From NCBI GenBank assembly GCA_964057225.1, contig OZ059895.1:17670001-17734000 (forward strand): a stretch of 64,000 nucleotides of DNA, written 5' to 3'. Shown piece after piece: positions 53,060 through 64,000 of this stretch. Both the position numbers and the translations under genes were made by a program. Every line of letters begins with the position of its first letter. Within the stretch, counting starts at the first letter, position 1. Under the pieces are notes generated by a model that saw only the letters and a program-made list of their open reading frames with translations, was not told the DNA's origin and did no database searches. The DNA is from Auanema rhodensis. Taxonomy: Eukaryota > Animalia > Nematoda.

Positions 53060-54084
53060 ATCGCCTTTTACTATTGATACACACATATTTAGTCGTGTAG
53101 TATATTAACAGAAGATCATTACGGAACAAAATTTTTGAAAACTTTTATTCAAAACATTCAAAAGCATTATTTGTTCTATTTTTTCTCAAATAAAAATATT
53201 TTTCTTTTTATTGATGATATGAAGAGATATTCAAGCAATGAAAACGTATTATATATTCTTCAAACTATAAACTATAACTAATTATATTAAATATGTTTTA
53301 CAATTATATTATGTGCACATACGCATACATAATTAAAACAAATTCGATATACTGTGGTTTATATATGTATATATATGTATATATATATATATATATAGAT
53401 ATATATGTATATGTATATAGATAGTTATATAATACATGACATAGATATCAACATTATGTGATTTTTTTTTTCTTAAACTATCTGCTCAACCATGTTTAAT
53501 ATTGTTTCAAAACAGTCATATTCATATCTTTATGTATTTCCAATATATTATGATGATGTCACAACTCTCTGAAAAGCACAGTGAAGCATATTGAGCTTCT
53601 GATATGTTAAAACTTCTGAACTCGATTATTTGAATATTTTATAGAATTTAAAGATACTTCGATTTTTGGCCTTCCTCGTCCAACATTCCAAATTATATAA
53701 ACAAGTTATTTGAAAAATGTATATTTTTTGTGTTAAAATAATATGATACATGACTTCATTTCAATACTTTCTTCTCCAATATTCTTTGTTCAATATACAT
53801 AACTCCAATCCCATGATTCGACAATGACAGTACAATTATAAAAAAATGAGCCTTTTTATCCGAGGGAAATACATAGAAGTTTTTACTTTATGGCTTGAGG
53901 ACAGTGAGAACAGAGATAGATGATTGCCTGGAGGTATACTGAACAAGCATCCAAAAACTTGCTGACCTTGAGATGAGAAAGCACATCAAAATCTTTGTCC
54001 GCCTATCTCCTTCAACCGCCGCTCACCCATCTGAACGAATATACCCTTGAAACAAAAGCGAAGGTCGAAATCATTGTCAGAACC

Positions 54085-54115
54085 TTCTCTCTCTCCCTCT
54101 TTACCTCTCTCTCTC

Positions 54116-54180
<65 letters not shown>

Positions 54181-54212
54181 CTCTCTCTCTCACTCACTCT
54201 CTCTCATCTCTC
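54085..54212. repeat. (CT)n microsatellite / pyrimidine tract
   Basis: Direct reading; it explains the SLSLSL and ERERER pseudo-ORFs. Confidence 0.93.
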
Positions 54213-55559
54213 TGATCTCATCATCATATATGTATACCAAATGATGTCTCTACGATATGCATTCACAGGGCATCTGATGTTTTCCATTAATGATCATGAA
54301 TCTTGACCAGGAACGAAAATTAAAAAAAACTCTGAACCCTTATACTTAGTTCTCGGTATAATAGATGTATAGATACGGAATGATTACAATGGCATTGAAC
54401 GTCTTTGATGTTTTCTATATAAACGATCTTCGAAACCTACGTGTTATCTTATTTGCACTGGTCACATGAGTGACATTCAAATATTTTTTTCGAATATCAT
54501 GGTTAAATATCTTCAATTCTCAGTAATCTTCTTTGCTTTTCGAAACCTTTCAAGCTTACCAAAATCAATTGCGGTACAGTATCCGATGTTAATGCTTCAT
54601 CTATAATCGGTAATGAGTTCAGTTTTCATGATAAAGCCATACTATATGCATGAAGCATACTCGTTAAGTTGAAACAACAGGTTGTTGTGTAATTACAATG
54701 TATTGCCTTGAAGGAAAATAATCAAATAAGCACTTTTTGATTTAAAAAAAAAGGAACGTACTCCTAATATTCATGCTAATGTTACCTCCGAACTTTCGCT
54801 TTTTGGCGATTTCGTGTTAACGTTGTCGAATGCGGGAAAATTTGAATGAGGAGACAATGATAATGATGAAGGGAAATCAGTCATGTAAGAAATCTTTATG
54901 GGAAATAGATTCAATGTTGAAGTTATGAAGCATGATGTGCGTCAGTTTTCAAATCATATTCATGCTTCATATGCATGCTTTATGTTAAGTTGAATGACTT
55001 ACGAATTTCTTGAAGTACCTCTCTACAACATAATTGGCTATTGTGATTTAAAGATTCAAAATCATATAAATGCATATACTTAACTCTCTTAATATCTTTA
55101 AAACTTAAATAAAAACACGTTAAAGAGGAATTCTAACAATACTTATAGCTAAGATAAGACAGGATTTCAAACTTTCAAAACAACAACACAGCCGAACACA
55201 AGTAGAGAATCGGACGTCCTTCAAATGAACAATAAATTTAGCCAAGCAAAGTGAACGTCTATCCAACTTTTCTATCTAAACATGTGAGTATAATAGAGCT
55301 GTATCTCAAAATCGTGTTGTCCTGTCAACTGATAAGCACATTCAAGCGACAGTTAAGCATCGAACAAATGAGCTTCATGTGAGCACATGCATGTTTTGAC
55401 ATTCACATCAACACAGCATCATATTACGAAGATAACGGTTAGAGTGATACGATTTGTCATAAGGTAACAATGAAAAAATGAAATTATCGGATCGTAATTT
55501 GGTTGATGATCATCAGCTGTCGTATAGAGCGCTATGAGAGATTTTCATCATAGCAGAAT

Positions 55560-55638
55560 AGATAGATAGAGATAGAAAGACTGAGAGAGAGAGAGAGAAA
55601 GAGAGAAAGAGAGAGGGAGAGAGAGAGAGAGAGAGAAA
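55560..55638. repeat. (GA)n-rich purine tract
   Basis: Direct reading. Confidence 0.85.
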
Positions 55639-56973
55639 CTATGGGGGAAGAATTGTGGGGGTGAAATGAACTGAAGAATGCTTCGAAAAAAAACCCGTTT
55701 TTTTGTCTTCATTTTTCATATTGTATCATTATAATACAAGACATTGAAATCGTTTTTGTTTCGTCTTTCATCTAGCTTTTTGACTTATTTACGTCAATGT
55801 TGAACATAGAGGCTTACATGCCTTTCTAATCAATAAAATGAGGTTTTACACGATAATTTGGGAAAAAAACTGATATCAGAACATTTTATAAACAGCAAAT
55901 TCAATTAGAATTCTTACTAAATACATATACCAGTTACTACATCTACCAAACTTTACCCTTATCAGTACCATCAGTTACCGTATTCATTGAGGTTTAAAGG
56001 TAAAAAAACTTTTTAAATGATTTTATTATCATTTTTGAAGTAATTAAATGAAAATTTATTTTTTTATCATTTCTTACTGCAATTGAAATAAATATTTTAT
56101 GTCTTACACCAACATCAGCATTACTACTACCAAGCAATTACAACATATATGACTTCACTGTAAAACTAAAAGTAATAAGTGATGGTAGGCATATGCTAGT
56201 CAGAAGAAAAGAAACGAAATAAATAAAATAAAAAACAGGAATATAAGGTTTAATTATGATAATTTTTTATGTTAAGACAAAAAAAATATTACATAGTGTA
56301 AGAAAAATAGAAAAGAATTTATAATACTATATTGTTTGAAAATTAAAAAAAAATTATATTATTATAAGTACATATGAAGTTCTTATAATTATAATTATCT
56401 GTTATAATAAAGAGAAAAAGAAAAAAATTGGAACTTCGTTATTCTCACGAAAGTCAGTAATCATACACATATGTTCGATTATGACTCAGAAAAGTCCAAG
56501 CTTGGCTCTGATGAATTTCTGGTAGTTGATGAACAATTAGACATGAAGTGCAATTAGTAATGCTACTGCTAATGTGTTGATGACAGTATAAACTTGAACT
56601 TCCCGCTTTACTCGTTGATGGATGGTTTACTTGGTTTTTGCTGTTCACTTGAATAAAAATATAATCGATGTTATGCTTAGGTAATGTATACAAATTTTTG
56701 ATATTCGATGGTATGTATGAGATCACAATCATAAGTAAAACAACAGCCTTGGCTGGAAATTCATTAGCTGCATTTTCAAGGCAAAATGAGTGATACCTAA
56801 AGTACGTGTTTCAACCCTGTTTGTGTCCTTCATTGTCTGTCATCTATGTCTGTACACCATGCTATTCGTCAACCGGCTGCCTTACGCTCTCTCGGGTTGG
56901 TGCAATCACTTCATGCTGCCGCCCTTGCTAATCCAGCAAGTGAAAGGGGCGGACCTCCATCTGTTTGTGCGAC

Positions 56974-56980
56974 TATATAA
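56974..56980 (+). promoter_or_regulatory. TATA box of collagen copy 1 (copy 2 at 58661)
   Basis: TATATAA ending 32 nt upstream of the ATG, typical of non-trans-spliced cuticle collagen genes. Confidence 0.7.
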
Positions 56981-57011
56981 GTGCCGTAAGCAGGTCGAAT
57001 AGCAAGCAGCA

Positions 57012-57958
57012 ATGTTCGAGGAAAAGCTTATCGTTGGCATCGCATCGGCCTGTTCTACTTTGGCCATCGTCGCCTGTTTGGTAGTCATCCCAAGCCTCTA
57101 CAACACCATCAACGAGGTTCACGATGAGGTTCTCGATGGAGTATCCGTCTTCCGTGTTGAAACTGACTCTGCCTGGACTGAGATGATGGACATCCAAATC
57201 ACCGTTTCCCCACCATCCAAGCCACGTCAAAATCCATTCAACTCTATCTTCCGTCAGAAGAGACAGGACTTCTCTGGACTCCCAGCCTGGTGCCAATGTG
57301 AGCCCACCAAGCCAACTTGCCCACCAGGACCACCAGGACCACCAGGAGAGCCAGGACAGCCAGGTAAATCTCAAAAACACCTAAACAATTTTCTTATTTT
57401 CAATTATTTGTAGGACAGCCAGGACCCCCAGGACCAGCTGGAGAAGACAACACTTCCACCTACGCTCCAATCAACTGCCCAGCTCCACCAAGCGATTGCG
57501 TCAAGTGCCCAGCCGGAGCCCCAGGACCACAAGGACCAGATGGACCAGCTGGACCAGCCGGACCAGACGGACAACCAGGAGCTCCAGGAGCCCCAGGACA
57601 AGACGGACAACCAGGAGCCCCAGGACCAGTCGGAGATGCCGGAACCCCAGGAGCCCCAGGACAAGACGGACAACCAGGAGCCCCAGGACAAGACGGTCAA
57701 CGCGGAAAGGGAGCCCCAGGACCAGCTGGACCATCCGGACCAGCCGGACCAGCCGGAAACCCAGGAACCCCAGGAGGCCCAGGACAAGACGGAGCCCCAG
57801 GACCACAAGGACCAGCTGGACAAGACGGAGCCCCAGGAAATGCTGGACAAGACGGACAACCAGGAGCTCCAGGAGGACCAGGACTTCCAGGAAACGACGC
57901 CGCCTACTGTCCATGCCCACCTCGCTCAGCTGTCTTCGTCTCCAGATTCGCTCACTAA
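57012..57958 (+). CDS. Nematode cuticle collagen, copy 1 (intron 57364-57413)
   Basis: N-terminal hydrophobic Col_cuticle_N region, RQKR furin site, WCQC..TCP, Gly-X-Y repeats and C-terminal AAYCPCPPR...FAH*. Confidence 0.96.
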
Positions 57959-58698
57959 GTTGGTGGCCCACACGCTGCTACTGCTCAGTACTTTTATGTG
58001 CCCATCAAAAGAACTTTTTCGATTTGAGCATTACGAATAAACAGCTTACATTTCATAACTTGTTTCAATATTTTACAACATAAATACATGAATACATGAA
58101 TACACATCAAATGAACAACTAAACAACACACAAGTGCTTGAGTACAATCTAATAAAATAATTTCTACATTGGTCATTACTGAAACAGCTTGACTCTGATG
58201 AATTTCTGGTAGTTGATGAACAATTAGACATGAAGTGCAATTAGTAATGCTACTGCTAATGTGTTGATGACAGTATAAACTTGAACTTCCCGCTTTACTC
58301 GTTGATGGATGGTTTACTTGGTTTTTGCTGTTCACTTGAATAAAAATATAATCGATGTTATGCTTAGGTAATGTATACAAATTTTTGATATTCGATGGTA
58401 TGTATGAGATCACAATCATAAGTAAAACAACAGCCTTGGCTGGAAATTCATTAGCTGCATTTTCAAGGCAAAATGAGTGATACCTAAAGTACGTGTTTCA
58501 ACCCTGTTTGTGTCCTTCATTGTCTGTCATCTATGTCTGTACACCATGCTATTCGTCAACCGGCTGCCTTACACTCTCTCGGGTTGGTGCAATCTCTTCA
58601 TGCTGCCGTCCTTGCTAATCCAGTAAGTGAAAGGGGCGGTCCTTCATCTGCTTGTGCGACTATATAAGTGCCGTAAGCAGGTCGAATAGCAAGCAGCA

Positions 58699-59645
58699 AT
58701 GTTCGAAGAAAAGCTTATCGTTGGCATCGCATCGGCCTGTTCTACTTTGGCCATCGTCGCCTGTTTGGTAGTCATCCCAAGCCTCTACAACACCATCAAC
58801 GAGGTTCACGATGAGGTTCTCGATGGAGTATCCGTCTTCCGTGTTGAAACTGACTCTGCCTGGACTGAGATGATGGACATCCAAATCACCGTTTCCCCAC
58901 CATCCAAGCCACGTCAAAATCCATTCAACTCTATCTTCCGTCAGAAGAGACAGGACTTCTCTGGACTCCCAGCCTGGTGCCAATGTGAGCCCACCAAGCC
59001 AACTTGCCCACCAGGACCACCAGGACCACCAGGAGAGCCAGGACAGCCAGGTAAATCTCAAAAACACCTAAACAATTTTCTTATTTTCAATTATTTGTAG
59101 GACAGCCAGGACCCCCAGGACCAGCTGGAGAAGACAACACTTCCACCTACGCTCCAATCAACTGCCCAGCTCCACCAAGCGATTGCGTCAAGTGCCCAGC
59201 CGGAGCCCCAGGACCACAAGGACCAGATGGACCAGCTGGACCAGCCGGACCAGACGGACAACCAGGAGCTCCAGGAGCCCCAGGACAAGACGGACAACCA
59301 GGAGCCCCAGGACCAGTCGGAGATGCCGGAACCCCAGGAGCCCCAGGACAAGACGGACAACCAGGAGCCCCAGGACAAGACGGTCAACGCGGAAAGGGAG
59401 CCCCAGGACCAGCTGGACCATCCGGACCAGCCGGACCAGCCGGAAACCCAGGAACCCCAGGAGGCCCAGGACAAGACGGAGCCCCAGGACCACAAGGACC
59501 AGCTGGACAAGACGGAGCCCCAGGAAATGCTGGACAAGACGGACAACCAGGAGCTCCAGGAGGACCAGGACTTCCAGGAAACGACGCCGCCTACTGTCCA
59601 TGCCCACCTCGCTCAGCTGTCTTCGTCTCCAGATTCGCTCACTAA
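58699..59645 (+). CDS. Nematode cuticle collagen, copy 2 (intron 59051-59100)
   Basis: Same protein as copy 1; one synonymous change seen (codon 3 GAG>GAA). Confidence 0.96.
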
Positions 59646-62232
59646 GTTGGTGGCCCACACGCTGCTACTGCTCAGTACTTTTATGTGCCCATCAAAAGAA
59701 CTTTTTCGATTTGAGCATTACGAATAAACAGCTTACATTTCATAACTTGTTTCAATATTTTACAACATAAATACATGAATACATGAATACACATCAAATG
59801 AACAACTAAACAACACACAAGTGCTTGAGTACAATCTGATAAAATAATTTCTACATTGGTCATTACTGAAACAGGCTTACAATCATGTTTCATCACCCTT
59901 TTCTCTCTTTTGTTTTTCAAATCGTCAGTAATGCATTTAGTTCATAAGGATATGTTATGAATATACATGTAGGTATTACAATCGCAGAAATACATTTTTT
60001 TCGTCAGATACGAACAGGATTCTTATAACAACTGACGTCGTCAACATGGCTGTTATGGCCTCACATCCTTAGTCATAGTTCTAGAATATTTCAAGTCATC
60101 ATGTTCTTATTCTCCGACTTCACAAGTCGGCCATGTTTTTATGATGACTTATAACCGGCCTAGACATCTCCCGTTCCCTCCTTTTTCCTCTTTTTCTTTC
60201 TCTTTCTCATCATCTTCATAGAAAAGAAATAATTGCTTAAGCCACCTTATAGTTATTAAGGATGTGTAACTAGGCAAAAGATGCTTCTCCAGTAGACTAC
60301 TCTTATGAATATGTATGATGATGACGATGATGAAGTTGAAATAAGAAGGACTAAGAGAAATAGAAGAAAACAGTTGTTGAAGGTACCAACATCTAAAAGA
60401 ATCAAGTACAAAGTTTATAGTATGAAACATTCCATTAATATTTGATTAATAATACTTTTTCAATGCAATATTTAATAATAATTAGATAATTAGTTCTAAA
60501 AATTGGATGAAGTATGGTACAACGTTTTGAATAGAACATTTTATAAATCATTTGAATATAATTAGAAAAGTTATTAGTTTTTCTAAAACATTTGAAAGAA
60601 AGGTAGCTGTGAACAAACAGTAATTAGAAACGTTTTTTAACCAAAAAAACATTTATAAAGTGTACGTAATTATGAAGAAGAAAAAGTTTTTGTCCGGATA
60701 GCTTATGCGTCAAAGAACCGGAATAAAATTCGCTCAGAACACCTCAATCTTTTAATTTTTGAAAATTAAATGTTCAAAATTCGATTAATCATTAACTTCA
60801 ACTTTAGTTTATCAAGTTTACGAAGTTGTAAACCATGAAATTTAACTGAAAGCTAAAAATGTGTTTAATTAATATTTTAAACATATTTTTATAAAAACAA
60901 ATTCTAAAAATGATTCTGTATCGTTTAAAGATTTAATCTTTTACTTAAGTCTTTCACGTTAGTTTCAATTATAAGCTCAGCCAGAAATTTGAAACAGAAA
61001 ACAAACTTTCAGAAAAAATTGAAAAAACACAAACAAATATGAATAAGAAAGTTGCAATACTTTGCATAAATTTGCATTTCAATTCTTCTCACACGAAAAG
61101 AAAACTCTCTTCCCAATGCCATATCATCATAATAATTGTTCTAAATATAAATAATTTCAAACGTCAAAGAAGTGATCCAACTTTTTTCATTGAAAAAAAT
61201 TAATAAATGAAAATATTTTTCTATTTGAAGAACATATGTACACATGTATGTACAGTGCAAGAATACTCGGAAAAAAATATCTTAGTGGCCCCAGAAAACC
61301 CCTTCAAACTACAAAAGCAATTTTTTTTAATTTCATAAGTTTCGTAAGGTCACATAGTATGTATTCAGTCAAAATATTTGTTAATATAATGGAAACTGAT
61401 TTTAATATTTTTTCAAAGTTTATAAGGACAGTCATGGTGCTTTTTGATTATTTTGAATAATCCTTTTTTATTTAATAAAATTTGAGATTGGAAACAAACT
61501 AGTTCATTAAAAATATTTCAAAATGATTCTAAGCACAAAACTCAATCAATAACTAAGTTTTTCCTATGGCATAGCTTCAAACAAGTAAGCTTAAACATCT
61601 GAATCTTACTTGGTTGACGTTCAGCCAAATTCTTCCCTTTAAAAGAAAAATAGACGTTTAGTGTACTCCAACACTATATTAAAAGATCTGAAGTTTTGAT
61701 AAGACTCATGAAAGAAATCTTCAAGCAATTTATGAAAATTTCGGAGACTACAGAAAATACTTTTAAGCATGATTTTTTGAATTTTAAAGATTTTTTAAAG
61801 ATTTCTAAAAGTTGTCTAAGAATTCTAAAAGTTGTCCAAGAATTTTTGCACATGACTGTATACTATGTGTATATCATATGTTCAGATTATTTTGATTTCT
61901 TGATCACATTACATCTTTTGTTTTTTTATAAATTTGTTTTTTTTATTTGAGAAAAAAATTGATTGTTCTCACTTCATCCGATATAAATAGAAAGTGCTGA
62001 ATTGAAACTTATAATTATGGAATTTTCTCAAATCACATAAAAATATGAAGAAAAACTTCCTTCTCAGCAAGAACTGATAATAAAACAATTAACAAATTTT
62101 CATTTTTCGGAATTTAGAAGTTTAATATTTTCTTTTTCCTACCTTTTTCCGTTCAAAATTCAATAAAAAATTCTTAATATTCATTAGTCTACCTAAATTA
62201 ATTCAAAATAGTTATCGAGACGTCAAAAAAGA

Positions 62233-62304
62233 TGCCTCATGCTGGAATCGAACCAGCGACCTTCTGTTTACTAGACAGACGCTCTGCCCCTGAGCCAATG
62301 AGGC
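62233..62304 (-). tRNA. tRNA-Thr(AGT), solitary
   Basis: Reverse complement GCCTCATTGGCTCAGGGGCAGAGCG TCTGT-CTAGTAA-ACAGA AGGTC GCTGG-TTCGATT-CCAGC ATGAGGCA, with a T6 terminator. Confidence 0.95.
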
Positions 62305-62754
62305 TTGTAGGAATCGATCTTTATCTTAATTGGATTCCTTCCGTGATAACATATGTCCAGTTAAAACTTTATAACTTGGAAGAATTAAAAGAAAGGCCAT
62401 AAGATAGAAAGATAGATACCACTGGCCGTGAAAAACTGAAAGATACTCAAAATAATAAGTTCCATATGTTTAAAAACAAATCCTGCCGTGTCAACATGGA
62501 AAACGATAACTTTTATTATGCAAAATCTGATATTATGATTGGAATTCAGTGATTAAATATAGAACAATAATAATTTCATCCACAAAAAATACAAAATATT
62601 CCTATGTGATTGTATTTCCGAAATGAATTCGGAAGTCATTGTCTTATACATATACAAGCTTATTGTGGTTTTCCAAATTGTTCATTAAGTGAATAAAAAG
62701 AAGTTGACACTTATCTCGTACTTTGTTAATTGCTATCTAATTCCTTCAACTAAA

Positions 62755-63974
62755 ATGCTTAAAATTATTCTTTTAACTATATTTTCTATAATTACTGTAG
62801 TTGGCTTACTTCTTACTATAGTAGTCATGTATCCTGTGGGTATATTAGCTTTTAGGTAAGTTGTAATGGTCTTAAACAGATTTTTCACAATTTCTTTCAG
62901 AAAACAATCATCTCCAATTTACCTGATTGTTTGGTCAAATCTCATAATCGATCTAGCGATGCTAGCGCCAGCAACTTTTTACTTAATACCAGCCTTTATT
63001 CTTGATGTTCGAGAAGGCATTCGGGATATCTTAAAAGATACTTTCTTTCCAGAGTTGGCTCTTCCCAGGTGAACGATATAATCTAGCTGTCCGAATTATC
63101 TCCAATATTATTGTTTATTCATGGTTTAATAATTCTGTTAGTCAACTGACAATGGCAATCAACAGGTAGTTGCTGTAATAATTACGGAAAATCTTAAAAA
63201 TTTGTAGATTCTTTGTTGTCTGTTTACAAAGATTTAATCTTTCAACGCCTAATACTGTACGATTTCTTCTGTTTTTGCAACACTTTGGCTCGTTTGTTCT
63301 TCTTATTGTTCATGAATATGTATTATCTTGTTGTCAGTATGTAGTCGTTTCTTTTTGAAGTCACATTTAAAATTCAATCTTTAGACTCTCAGTAGATCCA
63401 ACAGCATATTCATATTCATATGATGGAGATACTATGAATTTAGCAAATCTATATATTGACTTTCCCGTTAGTTATATCACTACAGCATCATGCTTCTTCT
63501 GTTATACCGCGGTATGTTTAGCAAGAGCTGTTGGCATTACTACTGATGAATCATTTAATAATGTCTCATTATTCAGTGAAATATTGAAATGATATTTGAT
63601 AGAGAAATATCAACAAAACAAAAAGAAAAATATTAGAAATAGAATCATTTAATCGTGTATTGCAGGTGTTCATAACATGTAGGAAAGCCACTAAACGAGC
63701 AGCTATCAGCGATGTTTCAAGAATCAAACGTCAACGTAAAGAATACATGTTTGTAGTTTAATATGTGAATCAACATTCAAATCAAAAGTTTAGTTATGCA
63801 GTTCAATTTTGTGCCATTTCCCTCTTCTATCTCTTTGGATGGATACTATTTGAGTTCTTTCCTATGGTAGTCTTTTCTTATGGTCTTAAAAAGCAATGGC
63901 TACTTTTAACTGTGATATGTGTCTCATTGAACCATACATCTAGTGCTTTAGTTTATCTTTTCTTCAACTCTGAG
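62755..63974 (+). CDS. Serpentine GPCR, Srx-like, multi-exon, 3'-truncated by the window edge
   Basis: SPIYLIVWSNLIID, QLTMAINR|FFVV, YSYSY...YIDFP, RKEY|YAVQF and seven-TM-like hydrophobic segments. Confidence 0.8.
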
Positions 63975-64000
63975 GTATAATATACTAAGATCAACACTGT

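Larger units (their letters stand above)
56499..59874 (+). repeat. Tandem duplication with a 1687-bp period, one collagen gene per copy
   Basis: 56499-58185 versus 58186-59874 are near-identical, including the intron and flanks. Confidence 0.95.

Noticed and set aside
56247-56256. GGTTTAATTA, the start of the SL1 leader
   Set aside because: Only 10 nt match in AT-rich DNA; there is no rest of the leader, donor or Sm site.
56973-59770. Long alternative-frame and antisense ORFs over the collagen genes
   Set aside because: Shadow frames produced by the GGA-CCA codon repeats.

Overview
AT-rich nematode-type genomic DNA with short GT-AG introns. The left arm carries the 3' part of an acyl-protein thioesterase/lysophospholipase gene, two tandem core-2/I-branching (GT14) glycosyltransferase genes and a lin-44-type Wnt gene on the minus strand. 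The centre (~14325-51686) is a 37-kb hierarchical tandem array of tRNA genes. It has 25 units of [tRNA-Thr(TGT)(-), tRNA-Arg(ACG)(-), 1-13 x 192-bp tRNA-Thr(CGT)(+) monomers], about 128 tRNA genes by hand count. 23 units end in a 20-nt truncated tRNA. The other 2 units instead keep a 235-bp spacer containing what looks like a full-length but decayed U1 snRNA. One tRNA-Thr(CGT) is split just 3' of its anticodon by a young 3535-bp non-autonomous LTR retroelement (345-bp LTRs, CG...CG ends, 4-bp TSD, tRNA-Gln PBS, PPT, possible antisense spliced cargo gene). The right arm has an Srh/Str-type chemoreceptor, a 1687-bp tandem duplication of a cuticle collagen gene, a solitary tRNA-Thr(AGT) and a partial Srx-type GPCR. 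All counts and alignments were done by eye, and family assignments rest on remembered consensus motifs rather than database searches.
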